DNA from: Phycisphaerales bacterium
Lineage (GTDB): Bacteria; Planctomycetota; Phycisphaerae; Phycisphaerales; JAGLTS01
Direction of reading: 5' to 3'
Length of the DNA stretch: 64,000 nucleotides
Assembly (NCBI GenBank): GCA_023135165.1
Contig: JAGLTS010000005.1
Coordinates: forward strand, 2,745 to 66,744
The position numbers and the translations under genes were made by a program. The notes beneath the pieces are model-generated. The model had not been told where the DNA came from. It saw only the letters and a program-made list of their open reading frames with translations, and ran no database searches. Shown in pieces: positions 17,293 to 26,330 of this stretch (the stretch's first letter is position 1; each line of letters begins with the position of its first letter).

Positions 17293-20200
17293 TCGGCGCC
17301 ACCTTCGCCCTGCTGCGCGGCCACCGGCGCGTAACCGGCCAGCGCCATGAGGCCGCTCGTCACGCGTTGGGCGGCCTGGGCGTCGTACTGCGCACGAAGC
17401 TCGGCGAGTTTCGTCTCGTACTCGCGTTTGAGCGTGGTGATCTCATCCTCGTGCGCCTGCGCCACATCGCGCTGAGCTTGTTCTCGCACGGCTTCCGTGA
17501 ACGGAGTGACGACGCCCGCCAGTTCCTGAAGCGTGCGCCAGAACTCAAGACGCCGTTGCACATCGCGCGCAAGTGTCGGGGCGACGCGCAGCGACATCCG
17601 TTCACCCTCGCGATCGACCGTGATGACCGGCATCGTTGCGACGCGATCATGCACGCTGAGCGAGAGGTAGTCGGTGATCGGCATCGGGGCTGGGTCGTTT
17701 GTCGTCAGCGGACGAAGGTGATCCGAGAAACGCGCTTCGGTGACAGCCCAATGCGCGGGCGTGATCGCAGCGCCGGCGTCGGTGTGCCAGCGTGATGTGA
17801 CATCCGGGTTGGCGGAGAGATCCAGCCGAGCGCCGAACACGCCGTCAGCCGATGGATCGTAGGTGAATAACGGGAACGCGCGCGATGCGACGGCAAGCTC
17901 CGCTTGGGCGATCAAGCGCTCAGGGGCGAAACCGTGGCGCTCCGGGCTGGGCGCATGGATGTGAACGAGCGCCGGACCGGTGAAGGCAAGCGCCCCGAGA
18001 ACGCTCTCGGCGAAATGCGCGCCGTCGGCAGGCGACACCTGCGTCACGAACGCGGTGCGTGAGAGCAACGCGAGCAGGGCGATGTCGAACCTTTCATCGG
18101 ATGCGTATGCGCCGAGCGATTCGACGCGGAGCGCATCATCCGCGCCGCCGCCGATGTCGCTGAGCAGAACGATCTTGATCGGCAGGTCGGTGCTGAGCAG
18201 CCCGATGAGTTGTGACAGGTTCTGACCGGCCAGCGACCGGCTGTCGCCGATGATGAGCATGGGCGGGCAGAGGCTTCGCTCCTCAAACGTGAGGTCGGCA
18301 TATCGCAGGCGCTTGAGGCTGTCAGCCATGCGCGCGGCGCTGTGCGGATCATCCAGTTCAACCTCAGCCCATCGCATGAGTCGCACGCCCGCGATCGCCT
18401 GTTCGAGTTGACCTTCGATCAGACCTCGCGCCAGTTCGCCCGCATCGCCGCCTGCGTCGATGACCACCGGGCTGAAGAACGGGTTGTGAGGGAAGACGCC
18501 CGCCCACGCAGCGACCGAGCCTGAGGCGATTGTGATGCCCGTTCGCGCCCGCCCAGCGCCGGTCGGACCTTGCGTAAGTTGCCAATGCAGGTCGGCCAGG
18601 CCTCGCGCTACTTCCACCAGGCGCGCCAGGCGATCACCATCCACGCGACCGGCTGTGACCGCATCGCCGACGGCGCCGGAGAGCGCCGCGAGATCCACTT
18701 CGCGTTTACCGAGTGATTCAAGCCCACCCGCCAAGGCGTCCAGATCATGCTCGGGAAGCGCGCCCGCAAGCACATCGTGGATGCGATCAGCAAGCTGTTT
18801 CTGCAGCGCTTCGATCCGCTGAAGATGCTCTTGCAGGCGAGGTTGAAGGTGATACTCGGCAGCAGCCATCACATGACGAAGGGCCAGGCGTGCGCCCGAG
18901 CAGGCTTCCGAGCCGTCGCCCGACGCCATCGCGAGCAGGCAGTGGCGCGAGAGCAGCATGGCGGCGAGCGGGCCGACATCGCGGTGCGTGCGAACGCGCT
19001 CGATCGTCGTGCCCGGCGTGTCGGGCAGGCGTTGCCAAAGACTCCACAGACGGCGCTGCATGTGCACAAGCTCGGGCGTCTTCGTGGCAGCACGCAGGCC
19101 TCGCCCCTTGCACGCATCAATGGCAGCGGTCGCGTTCTTGCACGCATCGGGATTGACGAGTAGCGAGAACAGTTCGCCCGTGCCGCGCGAGGCTCGCTCC
19201 GGCTCATCGAAGAAGATCGGCGTCCTCACCACGGGCAACTCGCCGACTTCATTGACGACCGCATCAAGCGCCGGCGCCAGCGTCGCCTTGCGAGGATCAA
19301 CACCGTCCTCTTTGTCCATCAGCGAATCGAATGCAGCGCGGAAAAGCTCGCCGGCTGTGGTCGGCGCGTCGGGGTACGCAGCGAGGATCCTGTTCACACG
19401 CCCAGCGATCTTGCCCGCGATGCTCCCAAGCACATCGACGGGCTTGCCCCTCTCGGACGCCATCGTGATGCCTGCATCAAGAAGCGCGCGGGCGGAGATG
19501 ACGAGCGGCGCGATCGAGCCGTCCGGGCAACTCGTCCATGACCGGCCATCGCCATCGCACGACTGCGGATCGAAGACCGGCAGCATCGCACTCGCATCGC
19601 TCACATCGCGGAACGTCGAGGAAAGGGGCGGAACCGCGCCGGCGGCAAGACACGGGTCGGCTGTGAGCTGGTCCACCTTGCCATCGCGGTAGAGCACGCC
19701 GACCTGATCCCAGAACCGGGGCAGCGATGCGACCGGCATGTCCGAATCGGTCAACTCGCGGACGGCGGGCGGTGCGGATGCCTCGCGCAGCCGGTCGTCA
19801 GCGGGCGGCAAAGGCATGTCGCCGGCTTCCACGCGCGTGATGGACTCGAAGGCAAGGTCGATCACATCGAGACGCCGATCACGCTCGGATTGTGACAGTT
19901 CCGCGAGCGCTTCTTCACGATTCGAGCGGATCTTGGCGGTGGTGATGCTTCCGGGCGCACGCATCGCGCCGTTGACCAGTGAGACAAGCCCTCCGAGCAG
20001 CGCTTCGTTGATATGCGACGCATCGCAATCGGCTGAGATCTGAACGATGTGGATGGCGACTCGACCGTTTGCAGCGTCGTCGCGGAGTTTCGCGGGCAGC
20101 GTGGGCCAAAGCTCATCCGAAGCCTTGTCGCTGACAAGAAGGACCGCGCCGCCATCCACCAGGCGCTGCGTTACCTCCATGCGCGGGTGAATGGCATCGG

Positions 20201-21914
20201 CTGCGATCACCGCGATGTTCACGGGCACGTCATCACCCGGATCAAGCAGCGGTGAGTCGGCGCAGGTGAACGTATCCGCGCACGGGTCGCCGAAACGTTG
20301 CCAAGTCAGGGCGGGACGACTGCGGAGATGACAACCGAGCACGCCCGCGATCATCGACGCGGCCTCGCCTGCGAATGTCTCATGCTCGCCGCCGGCTGCA
20401 CGATGGACTGCGACGGTGACAGCACCGTTCGGCCGAACATCCGGCGGCTGCTCGTCGCTGCGAAGGCCCAGCTCGCCGAGCCTGCCATCAGCGCGGCGCA
20501 GCGCGTCGATCACAGCCTGCTGTTTCGGATAGTCGCTGTGGTCGCGGATAAAGTTCAGGCCGAGGTGGATGCGGTCACGGTCCGGGTTCTTCAGCGCGTC
20601 GACGAGGGCGATGAGGTCAGCGGCGCGAAGCGGCAAGCCACCCATGCCGAAGGGGACGCTCACAAGCCTTGTGCGGGTTTCCCGCGCATGCAACGCGGCG
20701 CGCAGCTCGCGCATGAGCGGCGCATCACCGGCGAGCGGCGCGTCAAGACGTTCCAGAACCGCAACGACGCCGGTGCGACTCAACCGCTCGGCGATGATCG
20801 CACAGGGGAAGGGTCGCAGGCGCCTGACGCCGAGTACGCCCACTTGGGCACTGCCCTGCTCGCGCAACGAGTCGGCGACGGCGATCGCGGTTTCGACAGC
20901 CGATCCTTGCGCAACCAGAATGGTCTGTGCATCATCGAGCGCGTGTTCGAGAACCGGGCCGTAGCGCCGACCGGTCTGCTGGGCGAACTCATCGAATGCC
21001 TCGGACAAGAAGCGCTGAACGTGATCGGCGAAGTACACGCGCTGACTCGCCGCGCCAAGCGCCCAGGCCTCCGGGCCTTGCAACGGGCCGAGCATCATCG
21101 GGCGCTGCAGGTCATACATCCGAGGCACACGACGGCGCGTGTCGCCCAGAAGCATTCGCTGTGCATCGGTCGGCGGCTCGATGCGATCGGACGGCTGACC
21201 GAGGAATGACCGCAACAGCGTTTCGTCAGGCAACAGGACATCCTGCGCAGCGGTCGCCGTCTGCTCGCCATCCATTGCGACGATGCCGGGCACGAGGGCG
21301 CGTTCTGCGACGCGACGTGCGATGAGCGCGAAGTCCACCGCTTCCTGCACGCTCGTTGCGAAGAGTTGGAAGCAGCCGAAGTCCGCGACGGCGTGGTACG
21401 CCTCATGGCCGGTGCCGATCGCCTGTGCATGGCCGGGTTGCGCGCGGCAGGCCAGGTGCACGACGAGCGGGATGTGCGATCCCGCGGCTCGCCCGAGCAG
21501 GTCGCTGCCGGTCGTGATGTCGGGACCGGAGAGAAAGCACGCGGTGCGCCGGCCGGACATCGCCATGCCGAGCGCCGTCGCCAGTGCGGCGCGGGGGTCA
21601 TCGGCGCTCGCGCTGGTGAGCGGCCTGCCAAACTCGTTGACATCACGTCTCGCCTGCTGCTTGGCCCACGCCCGAGCGCCGACGGCTGCGGGGTACGTCG
21701 CGCCGAGGGCAGCGGATTCGCTGATCCGCGCTTCGGTGAAGGCAACCGCTGAAAGACCATCCAATACGACAGCCCGGCCGGCAGCGGCGAACTGGTCATC
21801 CGGCAGGCCTTGCAGGAGCCGACGAAGCAGTCGCAGTGATGAAGCGGCGAAACTAGTCAAGGTTCGCTCCCGTGACAGAGGCGGATGCGCGCGGACTGAA
21901 TTGGCTGAACTCAA
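17289..21914 (-). CDS. full-length pyruvate:ferredoxin oxidoreductase (PFOR/NifJ) homologue with degenerate cofactor sites plus C-terminal coiled coil
   Basis: Track ORF is 1541 aa and starts at a TTG overlapping rnfB by 62 nt. An alternative TTG at 21860 (about 1523 aa) overlaps only the rnfB stop. Collinear with PFOR domains I, II, III, V and VI (details in findings). The Fe-S Cys ligands and the GDG..NN ThDP motif are substituted. Confidence 0.8.
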   Translation of the reverse strand: MSSANSVRAHPPLSRERTLTSFAASSLRLLRRLLQGLPDDQFAAAGRAVVLDGLSAVAFTEARISESAALGATYPAAVGARAWAKQQARRDVNEFGRPLTSASADDPRAALATALGMAMSGRRTACFLSGPDITTGSDLLGRAAGSHIPLVVHLACRAQPGHAQAIGTGHEAYHAVADFGCFQLFATSVQEAVDFALIARRVAERALVPGIVAMDGEQTATAAQDVLLPDETLLRSFLGQPSDRIEPPTDAQRMLLGDTRRRVPRMYDLQRPMMLGPLQGPEAWALGAASQRVYFADHVQRFLSEAFDEFAQQTGRRYGPVLEHALDDAQTILVAQGSAVETAIAVADSLREQGSAQVGVLGVRRLRPFPCAIIAERLSRTGVVAVLERLDAPLAGDAPLMRELRAALHARETRTRLVSVPFGMGGLPLRAADLIALVDALKNPDRDRIHLGLNFIRDHSDYPKQQAVIDALRRADGRLGELGLRSDEQPPDVRPNGAVTVAVHRAAGGEHETFAGEAASMIAGVLGCHLRSRPALTWQRFGDPCADTFTCADSPLLDPGDDVPVNIAVIAADAIHPRMEVTQRLVDGGAVLLVSDKASDELWPTLPAKLRDDAANGRVAIHIVQISADCDASHINEALLGGLVSLVNGAMRAPGSITTAKIRSNREEALAELSQSERDRRLDVIDLAFESITRVEAGDMPLPPADDRLREASAPPAVRELTDSDMPVASLPRFWDQVGVLYRDGKVDQLTADPCLAAGAVPPLSSTFRDVSDASAMLPVFDPQSCDGDGRSWTSCPDGSIAPLVISARALLDAGITMASERGKPVDVLGSIAGKIAGRVNRILAAYPDAPTTAGELFRAAFDSLMDKEDGVDPRKATLAPALDAVVNEVGELPVVRTPIFFDEPERASRGTGELFSLLVNPDACKNATAAIDACKGRGLRAATKTPELVHMQRRLWSLWQRLPDTPGTTIERVRTHRDVGPLAAMLLSRHCLLAMASGDGSEACSGARLALRHVMAAAEYHLQPRLQEHLQRIEALQKQLADRIHDVLAGALPEHDLDALAGGLESLGKREVDLAALSGAVGDAVTAGRVDGDRLARLVEVARGLADLHWQLTQGPTGAGRARTGITIASGSVAAWAGVFPHNPFFSPVVIDAGGDAGELARGLIEGQLEQAIAGVRLMRWAEVELDDPHSAARMADSLKRLRYADLTFEERSLCPPMLIIGDSRSLAGQNLSQLIGLLSTDLPIKIVLLSDIGGGADDALRVESLGAYASDERFDIALLALLSRTAFVTQVSPADGAHFAESVLGALAFTGPALVHIHAPSPERHGFAPERLIAQAELAVASRAFPLFTYDPSADGVFGARLDLSANPDVTSRWHTDAGAAITPAHWAVTEARFSDHLRPLTTNDPAPMPITDYLSLSVHDRVATMPVITVDREGERMSLRVAPTLARDVQRRLEFWRTLQELAGVVTPFTEAVREQAQRDVAQAHEDEITTLKREYETKLAELRAQYDAQAAQRVTSGLMALAGYAPVAAQQGEGGAE

Positions 21915-22704
21915 CCCACTGGATCGCGCCGGTCGGACAACGATACGTCGCTTCCGGCGCAGCTGGCCCGCCCGCTGCGTAGTCCACGACAGGCAGGTTG
22001 TCCTTCATCTGAATCAACCCCGGCGCCGCATCTTGAGCACATCGGCTGCATCCGTCACACGCGACGCGGCAGATCGCACGGGCCTGCTCACCTTCGAGCG
22101 GGATCTTGCACTGCACGATCAGGCAATGCGAGATCGGCAAGCATTCGAAGAGGTCGCGCGGACAGGCGTCAACACAGTCCCCGCATGCGGTGCATTTGTC
22201 AGGTTCAACGACGGGCAGCCTCTCATCGTTCATGTGGATGGCGTCGAACGTGCACGCGACCATGCAATCGTCGAGGCCGAGGCAGCCCCACGCGCATCCC
22301 TTGCCGCCGCCTCCAATCATGTGCGCCGCCAGACATGTCTTGAAGCCCTCGTACTCGGCGATCTGCCGGGCCTGGCTCAAACCGCCCGCACAATGCAGAC
22401 GCGCCACGCGTTTCTCCTGCTTGCCTGCATCCACGCCGAGGAACGCCGCGATGTATTCGATCCCCTCCGGACTGGAGACGGTGCACGCGCTCGGCGCGTG
22501 CGCGCCGTCGATGACCGTCTCAGCGAAGGCGCGACAGCCCGCCTCGCCACACGCGCCGCAGTTCGAGCCGGGCAACATCTCTTCGATGATGTCGATCCGT
22601 GGATCCTCCTCGACCCGCAGGAAACGGTTCGCCACCGCCAGACCGATCCCGAAGAATACCCCCAGCCCGGTCATGATCGCTGTGGCCAGGAGCAGGGTGA
22701 GCAC
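21853..22704 (-). CDS. rnfB: Rnf complex subunit B (polyferredoxin)
   Basis: 283 aa. N-terminal TM helix, CGACGEAGCRAFAE cluster motif, then several CxxCxxCxxxCP-type motifs (CTACGDCVDACP and others). Confidence 0.88.
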   Translation of the reverse strand: MLTLLLATAIMTGLGVFFGIGLAVANRFLRVEEDPRIDIIEEMLPGSNCGACGEAGCRAFAETVIDGAHAPSACTVSSPEGIEYIAAFLGVDAGKQEKRVARLHCAGGLSQARQIAEYEGFKTCLAAHMIGGGGKGCAWGCLGLDDCMVACTFDAIHMNDERLPVVEPDKCTACGDCVDACPRDLFECLPISHCLIVQCKIPLEGEQARAICRVACDGCSRCAQDAAPGLIQMKDNLPVVDYAAGGPAAPEATYRCPTGAIQWVEFSQFSPRASASVTGANLD

Positions 22705-22748
22705 GATGGGTCCTTTGGTTCACTCGCGTGCGGAGCACGTAGCGGAGG

Positions 22749-25367
22749 TCAGTTAAACGGCTTGGCTCGGGCGATAAGCTCGTCCAGCTTCGGCTCATCG
22801 GGGTTGAGCGGCTTGCCTGGATGGATACATCGGCTGGGACATTTCTCCGCTGCCCGGACGATCTGGTCGAACGTGCCCGCCCGTGCGTCGCCGATGACCG
22901 CCTGCTTGCTCGCGTTGTAGACGAAGACCTGCGGGTTGATATCCATGCAGTCGTTGCAGGTCGTGCAGAGGATGCTGGTGATCCACGGCTCGTCCGGGCC
23001 GTCATCGTCATCCGTTTCGGATTCGGCAGGCGCTTGAGCCTGCTCAGCGTCGTCGGCCTGCGCCTGGGCAGCATCAGGAGAAGCCGGGGCGATCCCCGGG
23101 GCGCCGTACGCCCCGGCCAGCGGCGCGAGCTGATTCACATCGACGCCCAGCAGCGACTGCGCCAGACGCTCCATGACCTCACTCGCCGCTTCGCTTCGCA
23201 CCGTTTCGATCTCGGCTGCGTGCGCCTCCTCAAGCTGTTGGCGCTGAGCTTCCGCCTCCGCCGTGAGGCGTTCCCTCTCCTGCTCAACGGCGGCGCGAAC
23301 ATACTCGCTACGCACACCCGCCAGTTCCTGAAGCGTGCGCCAGTACCTGAGGCGGTCGCGACAGGCAAACGCTAGGCGGCGTGTAATGACGAGGCGGTGG
23401 AGTTGCCCATCACCATCGATCGCCCAGACGTACGGAACTCGCGACAGCGCTTCGTCGGCCGGCAGCGCGAGGTACGCATCAACTGTGATGAACTCGTCGC
23501 CGCAACATGCCGGAGGGATGACGCGGTAGTGATCTCGATAGCGAGGTTCGGCAAGACCGAAGTCAGCGAAGGTGAAGGCAACCGTCATGACCTGCTCTTC
23601 ACCGGCCGGGGTGCGGCAGGGGAGGTCGTAGACGGGCCAGTCCTCGTCCGCTTGGGGGTTGCCTGAGAAATCCAGCCGGCGTGCCCAGGAGGTGCCCGCT
23701 TCGGGGTTGTAGTGGAAGAACGGATGCGCCCGGCCTTCGATGGCGGCTCCGCCGTGGAGGTACGTGCCGAGCGGCGGGTGCTCACCATCCATGAGCAGTC
23801 CAGATGCGGCGACATGCAACGATGTGCGCGTCGCGTCAAGGCTTCGCAGGAAGCCGTCGAGCAGGTGTTCCGGGCGAGCAGCGGAGGATTGATTCACCAG
23901 GGCTTCGCGATGGCTGACGCCCATGTAACCAAGCTCGAAACGGTAGCCCAGCAGCGGATCACCTTCCGATGGGAGTCCGACGTTCATCGCGGCACGAACC
24001 GACACGATCACGTCAATCGGCCGGGCGGAAAGGAGGACTCTTGACAGGCAGAGCATGCCTGAGCCTCCCATGTGCTCGACCGATTCAGTCGCCAGGATGG
24101 GCGGCAGGCTGAGCAGTTCCTCACGCGAGAAGGCTTCCCAGTCGAACGCTTCGAGCAGCGGGTCGTGACGAAGCGGCTCGTAGGCGTTTGCGAGTTCCAG
24201 CTCCGCGACGCGCATCGCGCCGAAGAGCCTCGCATAGTGCTCCGCCACCCGATCAAACACCTCCGCCGCCGCGGCGCAGGCCGCCTCGTCGCCTGCTTGC
24301 CTCCACTCAACGTCGTCCGCAGAACTCTCTGCCGGGGTCCGTTCATGGTGAACCACGATGAGCAGGCTCTGATCCTCGCGCGCCAGGAACTTCTCGAAAA
24401 GCCCGATGCCGTTCACGACGCGCCGGCGACGGTCCGGGTCCATCGGCATGACGCCGCGCGATGGGCCGAGCACGTGCGCCAGCGCCGCGGGATCGACGTG
24501 CGATGCGCCGGCTGTCCCGACCATTCGCAGCATGACACCGACCTGGCGCCCCTCGGGGGTCTTGCCCAACTCGATGAGGAGCAAATCGTGGAGCTTGGTG
24601 CGAAGGTCACTCACCTTGTCGCGCAGCGCAGCACGGCGTGGGATCGCGCGGTGCCGGGCAGCGTGCAGGAACAGGTGCAGGGGTGCGTGCATGCCAAGGG
24701 CGAGTAGCCGCCCTCCCCGGGGCATTGCATCCTGGAGCCTCGCTAGGTCATCACGCAGTTGCCCGGCGCCTTCCTCGCTGAGGGCCAGCTCATCGACGGT
24801 GCTTTGCCCCGCCTGATCGATCGCCTCCGAGGCGCTGACGGGCGCATCGACGCTCCTGATCGCTTCCCGCACGTGTCTTTCGAGCCGGTGGAGGTTGTCC
24901 TTGAGGATGCGGGCATCCTCCGATTCCGGCGCCATGCGATCGACGACTTCACTGAGCAAATCGGACAGGGGAATGAACAGCCGATCGTCCTCCACCGAAT
25001 CCAGCGGCCGAAGAAAAAGCGGGTACTCATGCCGAACAGCACCGGCATCGCGAAAAGGATGCAGCAGAGCCGGGATGCAATCATCACCTGGCGTCCGGAG
25101 CGCACCGGCTTCACCCGGATCACCTCGATGGAACCGCCGAATGGCGTGGAGGCATTCGGCGACCTGCTTTTCCGAGACATCCGCGGGAGGCGTGGGCAGG
25201 ACGGGCAGGACGCTCCGCACGCCGGCTCGCTCGGCACGATCTCGCATCGTGTCGGCCCAGTCCGAGAGCGTGTCATCAGGCCCCTCAGCCGGCGGGATCA
25301 TCTCGCCCTGGACGAGTTCGCCGGCTGCATCGCTGGCCGTCGCCGTGCTTTCGTCAGTGTTCTGCAT
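22749..25367 (-). CDS. large hypothetical protein: unknown N-terminal half + degenerate PFOR-domain-VI-like core + coiled coil + C-terminal single-cluster ferredoxin domain
   Basis: 872 aa. ATG at 25367 follows AGGAA, 9 nt after the korB stop. HPFFHYNPEAGTSWARRLDFSGNPQADEDWP resembles the PFOR C-terminal region. YWRTLQELAGV is shared with the 1541-aa ORF. The C-terminus ILCTTCNDCMDINPQVF ... AAEKCPSRCIHPG is ferredoxin-like. Confidence 0.75.
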   Translation of the reverse strand: MQNTDESTATASDAAGELVQGEMIPPAEGPDDTLSDWADTMRDRAERAGVRSVLPVLPTPPADVSEKQVAECLHAIRRFHRGDPGEAGALRTPGDDCIPALLHPFRDAGAVRHEYPLFLRPLDSVEDDRLFIPLSDLLSEVVDRMAPESEDARILKDNLHRLERHVREAIRSVDAPVSASEAIDQAGQSTVDELALSEEGAGQLRDDLARLQDAMPRGGRLLALGMHAPLHLFLHAARHRAIPRRAALRDKVSDLRTKLHDLLLIELGKTPEGRQVGVMLRMVGTAGASHVDPAALAHVLGPSRGVMPMDPDRRRRVVNGIGLFEKFLAREDQSLLIVVHHERTPAESSADDVEWRQAGDEAACAAAAEVFDRVAEHYARLFGAMRVAELELANAYEPLRHDPLLEAFDWEAFSREELLSLPPILATESVEHMGGSGMLCLSRVLLSARPIDVIVSVRAAMNVGLPSEGDPLLGYRFELGYMGVSHREALVNQSSAARPEHLLDGFLRSLDATRTSLHVAASGLLMDGEHPPLGTYLHGGAAIEGRAHPFFHYNPEAGTSWARRLDFSGNPQADEDWPVYDLPCRTPAGEEQVMTVAFTFADFGLAEPRYRDHYRVIPPACCGDEFITVDAYLALPADEALSRVPYVWAIDGDGQLHRLVITRRLAFACRDRLRYWRTLQELAGVRSEYVRAAVEQERERLTAEAEAQRQQLEEAHAAEIETVRSEAASEVMERLAQSLLGVDVNQLAPLAGAYGAPGIAPASPDAAQAQADDAEQAQAPAESETDDDDGPDEPWITSILCTTCNDCMDINPQVFVYNASKQAVIGDARAGTFDQIVRAAEKCPSRCIHPGKPLNPDEPKLDELIARAKPFN

Positions 25368-25376
25368 GGTTTCCTA

Positions 25377-26330
25377 TCAGATCGCGAAACGATCGAGTTC
25401 CCGATTGAGCCCGGCGATTCTCTCCTCGGTCGTCATCTCCATCCCGATTGTCGTGACCTGTTCGTACCTGGGCCGACTCTCATTCTGGAAGAAGATGCCG
25501 ATGGGGAGCAAATCCTCCCGGCCGGCGAGGGCGACGGCCTCGTTGTGATTCAGCGGGTCGTGCGCCATCTGATGCTCGTACATCCCCGCCACCGCAGGAT
25601 CCAGTTGGATGCCGTTCTCGTGATTGAGCAGAAGGATCGTCGACGGGTCCTGCTGCATCGCCTCGTAGATCTTCGCGGTGTACTGCGGACAACGCTGGTG
25701 GATGTGGACGAAGCTGAATCCCTTGTGCTTGAACGCGGCATCGAGCGTCGCATGCAGGTGAACGGGGTTCCAATCGACGGTCTTGGCGACAAATGAAACA
25801 TTGGTGAAGCCGAGCGTGGCGAGCGTGGGGTTGAGCGGGGGCAACCACGCGCCGAAGGGGTGGGTGTTGGTCCGCTGACCGGGCCTGCTCGTCGGAGAGG
25901 TTTGCGCCTTGGTCAGGCCGTAGATGTTGTTGTCGAACAGCATCACGGTCATGTCCATGTTGTAGCGTACGGCGTGCAGCCAGTGCCCGGCGCCGATGGA
26001 GCAGCAGTCGCCGTCTCCGGTGGCGACCCACACATGCAGATCCGGGCGTCGCGCCTTGACGCCACAGGCCACGGGAAGCGCCCTCCCGTGCAGGCCGTGA
26101 AACCCGTAGGTCTTCATGTAGTGCGGGAATCGACTCGAACAGCCGATGCCGGAGACGATGATTGTCTTCTCAGGCAGAAGTTGCTCGTCGCGGCAGATCC
26201 GCTGCACGGCGGCGAGGACGGCATGATCCCCACAACCGGGGCACCACCGCGCGATCGCGCCCTCGTAGTCCTCAAGCGTGAAGTAACGGGGGAGAACATC
26301 CAACGACCAGTCTTTTTTTAGCCCGAACAT
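25377..26330 (-). CDS. korB: 2-oxoacid (2-oxoglutarate):ferredoxin oxidoreductase beta subunit
   Basis: 317 aa. WCPGCGDH, GIGCSSRF, and an intact ThDP motif GDGDCCSIGAGHWLHAVRYNMDMTVMLFDNNIYGLT. Confidence 0.88.
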   Translation of the reverse strand: MFGLKKDWSLDVLPRYFTLEDYEGAIARWCPGCGDHAVLAAVQRICRDEQLLPEKTIIVSGIGCSSRFPHYMKTYGFHGLHGRALPVACGVKARRPDLHVWVATGDGDCCSIGAGHWLHAVRYNMDMTVMLFDNNIYGLTKAQTSPTSRPGQRTNTHPFGAWLPPLNPTLATLGFTNVSFVAKTVDWNPVHLHATLDAAFKHKGFSFVHIHQRCPQYTAKIYEAMQQDPSTILLLNHENGIQLDPAVAGMYEHQMAHDPLNHNEAVALAGREDLLPIGIFFQNESRPRYEQVTTIGMEMTTEERIAGLNRELDRFAI

